Below are positions 1-9,342 of a stretch of DNA of 64,000 bases, piece after piece. The DNA is from an uncultured bacterium (lineage in GTDB: Bacteria > Planctomycetota > JAJSAM01 > JAJVHW01). Location: the NCBI GenBank assembly GCA_937996235.1, contig CALKVK010000033.1, forward strand, positions 58,722 to 122,721, written 5' to 3'. Positions within the stretch are counted from its first letter, which is position 1. Every line of letters begins with the position of its first letter. A program made the translations under genes and the position numbers. The notes under the pieces are model-generated. The model was not told the origin of the DNA. It did no database searches and saw only the letters and a program-made list of their open reading frames with translations.

Positions 1-1172
1 CGCTGGTGGAGCAGGCGAAGGACCGCCACGGCGAGCTCGTCGCGGCGCTCCCTGCCGACGCCCAGGAGAAGCTGCGCGCGGAGTGGACCGCCGGCCCGCT
101 CGGCGACAAGGACTTCGGCGTGCGGTCGGCGCAGTGGGACCTCGTCGCGCGCGTGCGCACGCCGTGGGCGCTGGAGATGCTCGAGACCGCCCTGCGAGAG
201 GAGCCCGACCCGCGCGTGCTGGTGCACGTCGTGGACGGTTTCACGGGGCGCGACCCGGCGCGCGTCACGGCCGCGCTCGCCGGCCCCATGCAGGACGTGC
301 GCTGGATCGTGCGCGTCGCCGTCGTCGGCGTGCTCGAGAGGACCGCGACGAAGGAGTCCGTGGACCTGCTCGTCGGGGCGTTCGAGCGCGAGGACGGGCG
401 GCTGCTCGACGACTGCGCCCGTGCGCTCGCCACGCTGACGGGGGAGGCGTTCGGATCGAACGGCGCCCAATGGGTCGCTTGGTGGAAGGAGCACCGGGAG
501 ACGTGGGAGGGCAAGCCGACGGCGAAGGCCGACGACAAGCCGCTCGACCCGTCGAAGGCGTACGAGGACGGCGCGCAGGGCGAGAAGGGCCGCACCGGCT
601 TCTTCGGCATCGACACGCGCAGCCGCCGGATCGTCTACGTGATCGACGTCTCCGGCTCCATGAACGAGCCCATGGTCGAGGGCGAGAAGGCGACGCGCGC
701 GGAGAAGGCCAAGGACGAGCTCTCGCGCGCCGTGGCCGGCCTCGAGGACGGCTCCACGTTCGACATCGTGTTCTTCGCGGGCGAGGTGCGCACGTGGCAG
801 AAGCAGATGGTGACCGCGAGCAGCGACACGCGCCGTGACGCGCTCGAGTTCATCCAGAAGATGCCCGTGATCGGCGGGACCGCGACCTACGACGCGCTGA
901 AGGCGGCGTTCGACCTCGGCGACGTCGGCAAGGGCAAGAAGCGCGGCGCCGACCCGTCCGGGGACTCGGCGGTCGACACGATCATCCTGCTCTCGGACGG
1001 GCTGCCGTCGGTCGGGGTGGTGACGAACCCTGCCGCGATCCGCGCCGCGGTGCTCGACTGGAACCGCGACCGGCGCATCGCCGTCCACACCGTGGCGTTC
1101 GGCAGCAAGGCCGACAAGGACTTCATGGCGGGCCTCGCCGCGGACTCGGGCGGCACGTCGGTCGCGAAGTAG
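1..1172 (+). CDS. HEAT-like repeat / von Willebrand factor A (vWA) domain protein, 5' end cut by window edge
   Basis: The frame is open from base 3 to the stop at 1170-1172. A MIDAS-type motif lies in 'RIVYVIDVSGSMNEP', followed by vWA-like strands 'TIILLSDGLP' and 'AVHTVAFG'. The N-terminal half is helical and repeat-like. GC3 bias is strong. Confidence 0.75.
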   Translation, partial: LVEQAKDRHGELVAALPADAQEKLRAEWTAGPLGDKDFGVRSAQWDLVARVRTPWALEMLETALREEPDPRVLVHVVDGFTGRDPARVTAALAGPMQDVRWIVRVAVVGVLERTATKESVDLLVGAFEREDGRLLDDCARALATLTGEAFGSNGAQWVAWWKEHRETWEGKPTAKADDKPLDPSKAYEDGAQGEKGRTGFFGIDTRSRRIVYVIDVSGSMNEPMVEGEKATRAEKAKDELSRAVAGLEDGSTFDIVFFAGEVRTWQKQMVTASSDTRRDALEFIQKMPVIGGTATYDALKAAFDLGDVGKGKKRGADPSGDSAVDTIILLSDGLPSVGVVTNPAAIRAAVLDWNRDRRIAVHTVAFGSKADKDFMAGLAADSGGTSVAK

Positions 1173-1211
1173 CCCCGTCCGCACGCGCTTCGCGCGCCCC
1201 CGGAATCGAGA

Positions 1212-1240
1212 GGGGGAGGACGGCCGTGGCCGTCCCCCCC
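1212..1240. terminator. GC-rich hairpin between convergent genes (candidate bidirectional terminator)
   Basis: GGGGGAGGACGGCC-gtg-GGCCGTCCCCCCC lies in the 126-bp gap between the vWA gene stop (1172) and the fliA stop (1299). There is no T-tract. Confidence 0.35.
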
Positions 1241-1298
1241 GGGCAGTGTTCCCCTGGGCAGAGGGGAAGGATGACGTGGTGGGTGCGCGCGCGCCGGA

Positions 1299-2075
1299 TC
1301 AGGCGAAGAGGTCCACCTTCACGCGGCCGAGCTGCGCCTCGAGGCGCTCGATCACCTTGCCGTGGATCTGGCAGATCCGCGACTCGGTCAGGTTGAGCAC
1401 GTCGGCGATCTCCTTCATCGAGAGGCCCTCGTAGTAGTAGAGCGTGACGATCACGCGCTCCTTGTCCGAGAGGTTCCTCGCGATGACGTCGCGGATGTCG
1501 CGGAGCTGCATCTCGTGCGTCGGGCTGGCCGAGCGGTCGTCGTCCGCGAGCAGGTCGATCTTGCGGTTGCCGTGGTTGTCCTCCTGGTCGGTCCACTCCT
1601 CCGAGAGGGAGATCATGGCCGTGGCGGAGGCGCCCTCGATCATCGAGGTGTACTCGTCGAAGTCCATGCCGAGCTGACGCGCCATCTCGAAGAACGTCGG
1701 CTCGCGGCCGAGCTCGCGGTGCAGCTCGCTGCACGCCCGCTCGATCTTGTTCGCCTTGATGCGGACGAGGCGCGGCACCCAGTCGAGGCTGCGCAGCTCG
1801 TCGAGGATGCTCCCGCGGATGCGGTTCATCGCGTACGTCTTGAACTTCACGCCGAGCGACGGGTCGAACCGGTCGATGGCGTCGAAGAGTCCGAAGATCC
1901 CCATGCTGGCGAGGTCGTCCACGTCGACGAACGACGGCAGCGTGTGCGACAGGCGCTCGGCGACGTACCGCACCAGCGGCAGGTACTTCTCGAGCAGGCG
2001 GTTGCGAAGGGCCTCGGTGGGCTCGACCTTGTACTGCGTCCAGACGTCCATGACATCCGCGTCGGCGATCCGCAT
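1299..2075 (-). CDS. fliA: RNA polymerase sigma factor, FliA/WhiG (sigma-28) family
   Basis: The 301-aa ORF is trimmed to the ATG at 2073-2075, which is preceded by GGAGGAAG. Sigma-70 regions 2, 3 and 4 are recognisable: 'LLEKYLPLVRYVAERL', 'FKTYAMNRIRGSILDELR', and the region 4.2 HTH 'LSMKEIADVLNLTESRICQIHGKVIERL'. Confidence 0.85.
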   Translation of the reverse strand: MRIADADVMDVWTQYKVEPTEALRNRLLEKYLPLVRYVAERLSHTLPSFVDVDDLASMGIFGLFDAIDRFDPSLGVKFKTYAMNRIRGSILDELRSLDWVPRLVRIKANKIERACSELHRELGREPTFFEMARQLGMDFDEYTSMIEGASATAMISLSEEWTDQEDNHGNRKIDLLADDDRSASPTHEMQLRDIRDVIARNLSDKERVIVTLYYYEGLSMKEIADVLNLTESRICQIHGKVIERLEAQLGRVKVDLFA

Positions 2076-2344
2076 GCAGCTTCCTCCCGCTTCGGCAAGA
2101 GGACCACGGTCAGGGAGGTTCGGATGCCGGGGCATCCGAAGGGCGTCGCGGCGACGGGGACTCTCTTCCCGTCGCTGACGCCAACCGGCAGCTGGCTGCC
2201 ACACCGCCCCTCTCTCCGAGGCGGTAGAGGCCCTCTAGCTTTGCGTCACCACCTTTCGGTGGCTTTGCCCTGAGGTTGGTCCTCTGCGCTGTCAATCAAG
2301 GTCCGGCAAGGCCGGACGTCCCTCGCCCTCCGTGGGGCGCGAGA

Positions 2345-2372
2345 AACGTATCACTCGCCTTGGGAGCGTCAA
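2345..2372 (-). promoter_or_regulatory. Candidate sigma-70-type promoter (TTGACG-N16-TACGTT) that would give fliA a ~260-nt leader
   Basis: On the minus strand, TTGACG (2372-2367) is followed by a 16-nt spacer and TACGTT (2350-2345). It sits in the most AT-rich part of the 657-bp intergenic region. The -35 hexamer and spacing match the gntR promoter candidate at 16597-16624. Confidence 0.25.
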
Positions 2373-2555
2373 GTGGCCGAACTGATAACGGTTCGCTCGC
2401 TGCGCGATCTCGCGGATGTAAGCGCATTGCTGGAAACGACTTGAGGAAGTGCTTCAGTGGCGCGCCGCGCGCTCCGCGGGCCCCCGTGCACGCCTCGACG
2501 AGGTCGTGGGCCGGGCCGGGAGCGTGAGAATCCCGTCTCTCGCCGCCGTCCCCGA

Positions 2556-2598
2556 CCCGAGCCGCCGCCGATTCCCGGATCGGGGGGCCCGGCTCGGG
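2556..2598 (-). terminator. Compound GC-rich hairpin downstream of the ECF operon (candidate terminator)
   Basis: CCCGAGCCG (2556-2564) pairs with CGGCTCGGG (2590-2598), with an inner stem CCGAT/ATCGG. It lies about 135 nt past the stop at 2733 on the minus strand. Confidence 0.3.
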
Positions 2599-2732
2599 GG
2601 AAGGCGGTGGGCGCCGGCTCGGAAGGGACGGAAGGGAGGGAAACCACGAGGGTTGCGCCGCGCGCCCGACCGCCACCTGGTAGGTCGCACGGGAGGGGCG
2701 GAGGTTACATCGCGGTGCAGCGGTCCCGGCGC

Positions 2733-3833
2733 TCAGCGGCGCCGGTGCTCGTGCCGGCCCGGGCCGCCGTCGCGGAGCCACGGCGCCCCCTCGCGCAGGA
2801 GCCGCCGGAGCGGACGACCGCGCCCCGGACGCGCGTCGGTCTCCGGCCGCGCGTCGGTCGCACCGCGGCCGTGGATCGCGCGGATCGCCTCCTCGAGGGC
2901 GAGGCGCCGGTCGGCCGACGGCAGCGCCTCGTTCTGGACGAACGCGTCGTGGACCGCTCCCCACTCCTCGGGGCCGAGCTGCGCGAGCAGACTCAGGGCG
3001 GAGCGCGAGACCCCCAGGTCGCGCAGCCTGCGCAGCAGCTCGAACCAGCGTCCGCGTTCGGTCCAGCGCGCGGCGTCCGCCGCGCGCGCCTCGGGCGACT
3101 TCGTCATGAACGGGCGGACCACCTGCGCGTCGAAGATCGTCGCGAAGCTGCCGATCAGGCCCATGCGGTAGTTCGCGAGCAGCTGGAGTCGCCGCTCGCG
3201 CTGCTCCGCAGGCGGCAGCGCCAGGATCTCGGCGCGCTGCGCCTCGGGCAGCGCGGCGAGCTCGTGCTCGATGACGTTGTCGACGGCCGCCTTCACGCGC
3301 TGACACTGCTCGGCGCGCGGCAGGGTCGCGAACGCCTCCATCGCGTCGGGTCCGGCGATGTTCAGGAGCGAGCGCCGCACGTGCTTCTGGAAGTTCCGGA
3401 CACACTGGCTGGCGAGGTAGGCGCGCTCCGCGTCCGTCAGGTCCGCGAAGCGCGCCGCCCCGCCGAGCTGCGCCAGGATCTCGCGCCGCTCGCCCTCGAG
3501 CGCCTCGTGGCGCGCGCGCAGCCGCCCGAGGTCGCGGTCGGCCAGCTCGCGCAGGCGTTCCGGACCGACCCGCTCGGCGGTGCGGCGCAGCTCCTCGCGG
3601 CGTGCCGGCGGCAGCTCGCGGAAGCGGCGCAGCGCGGCGCGCAGGCGCTCCCGCTGATCCGCGGGCAGCGTGCGGAGGAGCTCGATGCGGTCGCGCAGCG
3701 CGTCCTCGCCGCCCTCGCCCTCCTGCGCGTGCGCGCGGCGCGCACCGGCGCAGAGGGCGAGGAGCAGCGCTGCGCACAGGACGACCAGCGACCGGATACG
3801 CGACGCGCGGGGCGGGAAGGGCGCGGCGCTCAT
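2733..3833 (-). CDS. Secreted helical-repeat protein (DUF3106-like), third gene of the ECF sigma operon
   Basis: This is the real part of the 852-aa ORF. The ATG at 3831-3833 overlaps the anti-sigma stop (ATGA). Signal peptide: 'SRIRSLVVLCAALLLALCAGARRAHA'. Motifs of the type 'LP..QRERLR / LPPARREELRR / LPPAEQRER' recur. A tandem TDARPE/TDARPG pair lies near the C-terminus. Confidence 0.6.
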   Translation of the reverse strand: MSAAPFPPRASRIRSLVVLCAALLLALCAGARRAHAQEGEGGEDALRDRIELLRTLPADQRERLRAALRRFRELPPARREELRRTAERVGPERLRELADRDLGRLRARHEALEGERREILAQLGGAARFADLTDAERAYLASQCVRNFQKHVRRSLLNIAGPDAMEAFATLPRAEQCQRVKAAVDNVIEHELAALPEAQRAEILALPPAEQRERRLQLLANYRMGLIGSFATIFDAQVVRPFMTKSPEARAADAARWTERGRWFELLRRLRDLGVSRSALSLLAQLGPEEWGAVHDAFVQNEALPSADRRLALEEAIRAIHGRGATDARPETDARPGRGRPLRRLLREGAPWLRDGGPGRHEHRRR

Positions 3834-4351
3834 CGGACGTCCCCCGACGTGGCGGCGTAGAGCCCCGCCACCTCCGGCTCCGCCGCCTCGAGCACGTCGA
3901 GGTCGTCCACGATCCCGATGAGCTCGTCGGCGCTGCCGCTCTCGAGCGCGTCGAGGTTCGTGAGCAGGTACAGGTCGGCGGCGATGTCGCGCTCCTCGGA
4001 CGCCGTGAGGACCCCGAGCTCCGCGTCGCGCTGCGGTCCGACCGCGCGCCAGAGCAGGACCGCGGCGACCGCGGCTGCGGCGGCCGCGGCCGGCACCAGG
4101 CGGAGGAGCCTTCCGCGCCGCGGCGCCGCGCCCGCGCGCGACGACGCGAGCACCCGCGCCGCGAAGTCCGCCGAGGGGGTCGCCCGCGGCAGCGCCGCGA
4201 CCAGCTCGCCGGAGCGCCGGAGGCCGTCGGCCTCGCGGCGGCAGGCGGCACACGCGTCCACGTGTGCCGCGACGCGCGCGGCGTCGGCCGCGGGCAGCTC
4301 GCCGTCCAGCCAGGCGACCAGGTCTTCGATGGGGGGGCCGTCGCAGTGCAT
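3830..4351 (-). CDS. Anti-sigma factor, zf-HC2 type, single-pass membrane protein
   Basis: The H-x3-C-x2-C motif is present as 'AAHVDACAAC', and a central TM helix as 'LLRLVPAAAAAAAVAAVLLW'. The ATG at 4349-4351 follows a GAGGAA RBS. An alternative GTG start lies at 4378. The gene starts just downstream of the ECF sigma stop. Confidence 0.75.
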   Translation of the reverse strand: MHCDGPPIEDLVAWLDGELPAADAARVAAHVDACAACRREADGLRRSGELVAALPRATPSADFAARVLASSRAGAAPRRGRLLRLVPAAAAAAAVAAVLLWRAVGPQRDAELGVLTASEERDIAADLYLLTNLDALESGSADELIGIVDDLDVLEAAEPEVAGLYAATSGDVR

Positions 4352-4390
4352 CGTCGGTTCCTCGCGTTCCGGGCTCACGTCGCCGCGTTC

Positions 4391-4960
4391 TCACGCCGGC
4401 GGCGTGCCGGACTCCAGGTACGGAAGGAGCGCGTCGCGGACGTTCACCCGCGCCCGCGTCAGCAGGCTCTTCACGGCCGGGAGCGAGAGCTCCATGGCCG
4501 CCGCGGTGTCCTCGTACGACAGGCCCTGGTACTTGTTGAGCAGCAGCGCCGTGCGCTGCCGCTCGGGCAGCGCATCGACGATGCGCCGCAGCACCTGGGC
4601 CAGCTCCACCTTCAGACTCTCCTCGTCGGGCCGCGCGGCGTCGGCGTCGGCGAACTCGGGCGGCTCCCCGGAACCCGCGTCGCGTCCGGGCATCTCGGCG
4701 CTGACGTTGCGGCGCACGCGGCGCCGGCGCAGCGCGTTGAGGCTCGTGTTGACGGTGATCCGGTGCACCCACGTCGTCAGCCGTGCCGTCGGCTCGTACG
4801 TGCTCCGCGCCCGGTGGATGCGCAGGAACACCTCCTGCGCCACGTCCTCCGCGTCGGCCGCGGAGCCCACGTAGCGGGCCGCCAGGCTCACGACCCGCCC
4901 CTGGAACCGGCGCACGAGCTCCGCGAAGGCGTCCTCGTCGCCGGCACGGAAGCGCAGCAT
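4391..4960 (-). CDS. ECF-type RNA polymerase sigma-70 family factor
   Basis: Region 2 reads 'DAEDVAQEVFLRIHRARSTYEP...LTTWVHRITVN' and region 4 reads 'LSYEDTAAAMELSLPAVKSLLTRARVNVR'. The start is set at the ATG at 4958-4960; an upstream TTG at 4990 is possible. Confidence 0.85.
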   Translation of the reverse strand: MLRFRAGDEDAFAELVRRFQGRVVSLAARYVGSAADAEDVAQEVFLRIHRARSTYEPTARLTTWVHRITVNTSLNALRRRRVRRNVSAEMPGRDAGSGEPPEFADADAARPDEESLKVELAQVLRRIVDALPERQRTALLLNKYQGLSYEDTAAAMELSLPAVKSLLTRARVNVRDALLPYLESGTPPA

Positions 4961-5151
4961 CAGGTCGGCGTCGGGGTCGTCGTCGGGCAACGGGGGCTCG
5001 TCCCGGCACTCCAGGAACCCCCAGCGGCGGGGCGAGTTTCGGCCGGGTCCGTCGTCGATGCTGCCGGAGTGCGGCGAGCGCGTCCACGAGCGGTCGCGCG
5101 GCGTGCGGGGGAGCGCGCGGGCGCGCGCGCGGGTTCGCGTACGATCCCGCG

Positions 5152-8100
5152 ATGCGCCGGGCGCTCGTCCTCCTGCTGTTCCTGCTCTCCGGGGCGGCGG
5201 CCCTCGCGTACCAGGTGGCGTGGACGCGGCACCTCGTGCTCGTCTTCGGGAACACGACGCGCGCCGTCTCGCTGATCCTCGCGGCGTACATGCTCGGGCT
5301 CGCGCTCGGCTCGGAGGCCGGCGGGCGGCTCGCCGACCGCGTGCGGCGACCCGTCCTCTGGTACGCGGCGTTCGAGGCGTCGATCGGGATCTTCGCGCTG
5401 CTCTTCCCGGCGCTCGTGGGCGGCGTGCGGGCGGCCTACCTCGCGCTCGGCACCGCGGCCTCGCCGGTGCTCTTCGTCGGCGCCTTCGCCGTGCTGCTCG
5501 TGCCCACGTTCCTGATGGGGACGACGCTGCCGCTCCTGGTCCGCGCCACGGTGGACGCGCCGGAGCGCACGGGCGGCACCGTCGGGCTGCTGTACGGCGC
5601 GAACACACTCGGAGCCGTCGCCGGGACGGCCGTGACCGGCTTCTGGCTCATCGAGGCCGCGGGCGTGCTCGGGTCCACGCGCTGGGCGGCGGCCGTCAAC
5701 GTGCTCGTCGGCGCCCTCGGCCTCCTCGTGCCGCTGCTGCCGACGCGCTCGCGCGGCGCTCCCGCGCCGTCGCGCGCCCCGGCGGGGGCGGCGCCCGCGT
5801 CGGCGGCGGGGCGCCCCGCCGCCGCAGCCCTGTGCGCGGTCTTCGCAGGCGGGCTCGTCGGACTCGCCGCCGAGGTCGTGTGGACCCGCCTGCTCGTGTT
5901 CTTCCTGCAGGGCTTCACGTACACGTTCAGCGCGCTCCTGACGATGTTCCTGCTCGGTCTCGCGCTCGGCGCGCTGGCGTTCGGCCGCGTCGCGGCACGC
6001 AGCCCGGCCCCCGCACGGACGACGGGGCGGCTGCAGCTCATGGTGGGCGTGCTCTCCGCCGCGGTGCTGCTCGTGCTCGTCCACCACCACGCCGGGACCC
6101 AGGCGGTCTGGGCCTGGGTGGGGGACACGCTCGGGATCGAGGAGCTGCGGCCGCGGCACGTCGTGACGCTGCTCGTCGCGAGCGGAGTCGTGCTGCTGCC
6201 GCCCGCGTTCGTGATGGGCGGCGTGTTCCCGCTCGCGGCGGCCGCGTACCAGCGTGGGCTCGGCGATCTCGGGGCGCGCATCGGACGCCTCTACGCCGTG
6301 AACACCGTCGGTGCCGTGCTCGGCGCGCTCGTCGCCGGGTTCGTGCTCGCGCCGCTCGCCGGTCCGTCGTGGTCGGCGGTGGCGGTCGCGGCGGGCGGCG
6401 TCGCCACCGGCGCCGCGGTGTTGCACCTCGCGGGCACGCCGCGCGGCGAGTGGCTGCGCTGGGTCGGCGGGAGTGCCGTCGCGGCGACGGTGCTCTGCGC
6501 CGCGGCCGGTCCGCAGGTGCCGTTCCTGCTGCGCTCCCACGTCTTCGCCGGGTCCCGTGCGCGCGAGAACCGACTGCTCGAGACGCGCGAGGGCGTCGTC
6601 TGCCAGGTGTCGGTCGTCGCGAACGACCGCGACGACTACCGCCTGCTCTACACCGACGAGTTCCAGGCCGCCGGCACGAAGCCGGAGTACCGCTACATGC
6701 GGATGCTCGCGCACCTGCCGGTCGCGCTCGCGGACGACCCGTCGTCGGCGCTGGTCATCTGCTTCGGCACCGGCACCACCGCGGGCTCGGTGGCCGTGCA
6801 CCCCGAGGTGCGCCGCCTCGACATCGTCGAGATCAGCCCCGAGGTGCTCGAGGTCGCGCCCGCGTTCGCCGCGGAGAACAAGGACGTGCTGGGCAGTCCG
6901 CGGCCCGGTCTCGACCTGCGCGTGCACGTGGACGACGGGCGCAACTTCGTGCTGCGCAGCCGCGAGCAGTGGGGCGTCATCTCGCTCGAGCCGCTGATGC
7001 CGTACACACCGGCGGCGATGCACCTCTACACCGCGGACTTCTACCGCGAGTGCCGCCCGCGTCTCGCGCCGGGCGGGACGATGTGCCAGTGGATCCCGCT
7101 GCAGGGGCTCTCCGCGGCGCACCTGCGCCAGCTCGTCTCCGCGTTCGTCGAGGTGTTCCCCGGCGCGGCGATGTTCCACGTCGACGGCGCCGTCGCGCTG
7201 ATCGGCGGGGACCGCCCGGTCGAGCTCGACTACGCGCGCGTCGCCGAGCGCTGCGCGTCGCCGGCCGTCCACGCGGACCTGCGCGCGGTCGGCTTCGACG
7301 ACCCCGTGCGCGCGCTCGCGACGTTCGTCGCGGCGGGGGACGTGCTGGCCGAGTTCGCCGCCGTCGAACCCATGACCGACGAGCACCCTACGCTCGAGTT
7401 CCACCCGATCCCGCTCAACGTGCAGCTCAAGCACCTGTGGGAGAACCTCGTGGAGCTGCGCGCGATGCGCGACCGGATCGGCACGCTGCCGCTCGCGGGC
7501 GACGTCGCGCCCGAGGTCGCGGATCGCGCGGACGTCGCCTTCAAGGTCGGTGCGCTGCTGCTCGAGGGCGCCGAGCGTCTCGAGGCCGCCGGACTGCTGG
7601 GCCAGCTCGGCCGCGCCACCGAGGCGTCGCAGGAGTTCGCGGGCGCGCGTCGCGCGTACCGCTTCGCCGCAGCGCTCGACCCGGCGGATCCTGCGGCGCG
7701 GCGCGCGTATGCGACGCTCGAGCGCGAGGCCGCGACCATCGAGGCGAAGGACCGCCTGCGGGCGGGCGACCTCGACGCCGCCGAGCGCGCGCTGCTCGAG
7801 GCCGCGCGGTTCCCGACGCTGCGCCAGCGCGATGTCGTGCCGACGCTCCTCGCGGAGACGCGCAACCGCCTGGAGCGCTTCGAGGACGCGCTCGACGCCG
7901 CGCTCGACGCGACGCGGCTCTATCCGCGCGGGCTGCTGCCGCGCGCCGAGCGCGCCTACGCGCGCGCGGCGCTCGGGGACGCGTCAGGAGCCGCGCAGGA
8001 CTACCGCACGGCGCTCGCGGGGGAGTCGCTCGATGCGCTGCCGCCGCGGCTCGCCTCGGACGCCGCGCGCGTGCTCGCGGCGCCGGGTGCCGAGACGGGT

Positions 8101-8697
8101 CCCGACGTCGCGGGCGCGGTCGAGCGGGCGCTCGCGGGCGAGCGCGTCGCCGGAGTGCCGGCGCGCCTCGCCCTGCGACTCGCCGCCGACGAGCACCCCG
8201 ACGCGTACGACGCCCACTTCGCGCGCGACCTGCACGACGCCGCGGCAGCGTCGCTGCCGACGCCGGAGCGCATGCTCGCCGTCAAGCGGCTGCAGCTCGC
8301 CGCGCCGACGGGGGCGGCGGAGGTGCTCGCCCGGCTCGCCGGAGACGCCGCAGCCGAGCCCGCCCTGCGCGGCGCCGCGTGCCGCGCGCTCGGCGACGTC
8401 GAGCCGGCGCGTCTCGCGGACCTGCTCGCGTCCGACGCGCCCGCCGACGTCCTCGTCGCTGCGGCGGAGTCGGTGCACGGCGCGGCCGAGACCGGGGACG
8501 CGCTCGTCGCGCTCCTGCTCCACGCGGATCCCGCCGTCCGGCGGGCGGCCCAGCGCGGGCTGCTCGGACTCGCCGCCGGCGACGTCCCGGAACTGCTGCG
8601 GCTGCGCACGGGGGACCCGCCGGACGACGTCTACCGCGAGCGCGTCGACGACGTCGCACGCTGGTGGCGAAGCGTGGCGCCCGGCTCCGCGCGCTGA
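5152..8697 (+). CDS. Fused polytopic membrane / spermidine-synthase-like (aminopropyltransferase fold) protein with C-terminal TPR/HEAT-like repeats
   Basis: The start is the ATG at 5152 within the 1304-aa ORF. The first ~520 aa contain many hydrophobic helices. A methyltransferase-fold core follows: 'LVICFGTGTTAGS...RRLDIVEISPEVLEVA...VHVDDGRNFV...WGVISLEP...LYTADFYRECRPRLAPGGTMCQWIPL'. The C-terminal ~450 aa are Ala/Leu-rich TPR/HEAT-like repeats. Confidence 0.75.
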   Translation: MRRALVLLLFLLSGAAALAYQVAWTRHLVLVFGNTTRAVSLILAAYMLGLALGSEAGGRLADRVRRPVLWYAAFEASIGIFALLFPALVGGVRAAYLALGTAASPVLFVGAFAVLLVPTFLMGTTLPLLVRATVDAPERTGGTVGLLYGANTLGAVAGTAVTGFWLIEAAGVLGSTRWAAAVNVLVGALGLLVPLLPTRSRGAPAPSRAPAGAAPASAAGRPAAAALCAVFAGGLVGLAAEVVWTRLLVFFLQGFTYTFSALLTMFLLGLALGALAFGRVAARSPAPARTTGRLQLMVGVLSAAVLLVLVHHHAGTQAVWAWVGDTLGIEELRPRHVVTLLVASGVVLLPPAFVMGGVFPLAAAAYQRGLGDLGARIGRLYAVNTVGAVLGALVAGFVLAPLAGPSWSAVAVAAGGVATGAAVLHLAGTPRGEWLRWVGGSAVAATVLCAAAGPQVPFLLRSHVFAGSRARENRLLETREGVVCQVSVVANDRDDYRLLYTDEFQAAGTKPEYRYMRMLAHLPVALADDPSSALVICFGTGTTAGSVAVHPEVRRLDIVEISPEVLEVAPAFAAENKDVLGSPRPGLDLRVHVDDGRNFVLRSREQWGVISLEPLMPYTPAAMHLYTADFYRECRPRLAPGGTMCQWIPLQGLSAAHLRQLVSAFVEVFPGAAMFHVDGAVALIGGDRPVELDYARVAERCASPAVHADLRAVGFDDPVRALATFVAAGDVLAEFAAVEPMTDEHPTLEFHPIPLNVQLKHLWENLVELRAMRDRIGTLPLAGDVAPEVADRADVAFKVGALLLEGAERLEAAGLLGQLGRATEASQEFAGARRAYRFAAALDPADPAARRAYATLEREAATIEAKDRLRAGDLDAAERALLEAARFPTLRQRDVVPTLLAETRNRLERFEDALDAALDATRLYPRGLLPRAERAYARAALGDASGAAQDYRTALAGESLDALPPRLASDAARVLAAPGAETGPDVAGAVERALAGERVAGVPARLALRLAADEHPDAYDAHFARDLHDAAAASLPTPERMLAVKRLQLAAPTGAAEVLARLAGDAAAEPALRGAACRALGDVEPARLADLLASDAPADVLVAAAESVHGAAETGDALVALLLHADPAVRRAAQRGLLGLAAGDVPELLRLRTGDPPDDVYRERVDDVARWWRSVAPGSAR

Positions 8698-8904
8698 GTC
8701 GCAGCCGAGCCTGACGGAGCGCGCACCGCCCGCGACGCTCCGATTCGCGTCCCCGCCTGGGGTGCACGCGCCTACACTCCGCCGATTCCCACGAGGCGGA
8801 GTGCCTCCGTTCGCGAGTGCCGCCACGCCGGAGCCGCTCTCCGGCCGCGCGCGGCCGACGCGCCCCGGCCCGCCCGAACCCTCACACCGACACGCGAGGT
8901 GACG

Positions 8905-9330
8905 ATGCACGCGGTTCTCGAGACCACCAAGGGGACGATCGCCTTCCGCTTCCACCCGCAGGTCGCGCCGAGCACCTGCGAGAACTTCGTGAAGCTGGCG
9001 CGCCAGGGCTTCTACGACAACACCAAGTGGCACCGGGTGATCGACAACTTCGTCATCCAGGGCGGCTGCCCGAAGGGCGACGGCACGGGCGGCCCCGGCT
9101 GGTCCATCGCTGCCGAGCTCTCCGATCGCAAGCACGTGCGCGGAACCGTGGCGATGGCGCGCGGCCGTCACCTCGACAGCGCCGGCTCGCAGTTCTACAT
9201 CTGCCGCTCGGCCCTCCCGCACCTGGACGCGCAGTACACCGTCTTCGGCAGCGTGACCGCGGGTCTCGAGGTCGTCGACTCGATCCAGGCCGGCGACGAG
9301 ATCCGTCGCATCTCGATCGTCGAGGACTGA
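8905..9330 (+). CDS. ppiB: Peptidyl-prolyl cis-trans isomerase, cyclophilin type
   Basis: Cyclophilin signatures are present: 'NFVKLARQGFYDNTKWHRVIDNFVIQGGCPKGDGTGGPGW' and 'GTVAMAR...SAGSQFYI'. The ATG at 8905 follows GAGG; an in-frame GTG at 8899 is also possible. Confidence 0.9.
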   Translation: MHAVLETTKGTIAFRFHPQVAPSTCENFVKLARQGFYDNTKWHRVIDNFVIQGGCPKGDGTGGPGWSIAAELSDRKHVRGTVAMARGRHLDSAGSQFYICRSALPHLDAQYTVFGSVTAGLEVVDSIQAGDEIRRISIVED

Positions 9331-9342
9331 GCGCGGCAGCCG

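Noticed and set aside
2187-2201. A sigma-54-like element TGGCAG-N5-TGC on the fliA strand.
   Set aside because: The GG-to-GC spacing is one nucleotide short of the TGGCAC-N5-TTGC consensus, and the TTGC is degenerate.
2301-2317. The hairpin GTCCGGC-aag-GCCGGAC with flanking 'caaggtccgg', which resembles SRP RNA domain IV or the RNase P P4 'GAAAGUCCGG'.
   Set aside because: The stem is perfectly symmetric. It has no GGAA/GNAR loop with asymmetric internal loops as in SRP RNA. The other universally conserved RNase P segments are absent from the 657-bp region.
2376-2412. A tmRNA-tag-like reading 'TDNGSLAA' in the fliA upstream region.
   Set aside because: No stop codon follows the LAA. I also found no tRNA-like acceptor or T-arm (GGTTCGAATCC-type) and no GGGG 5' end nearby.
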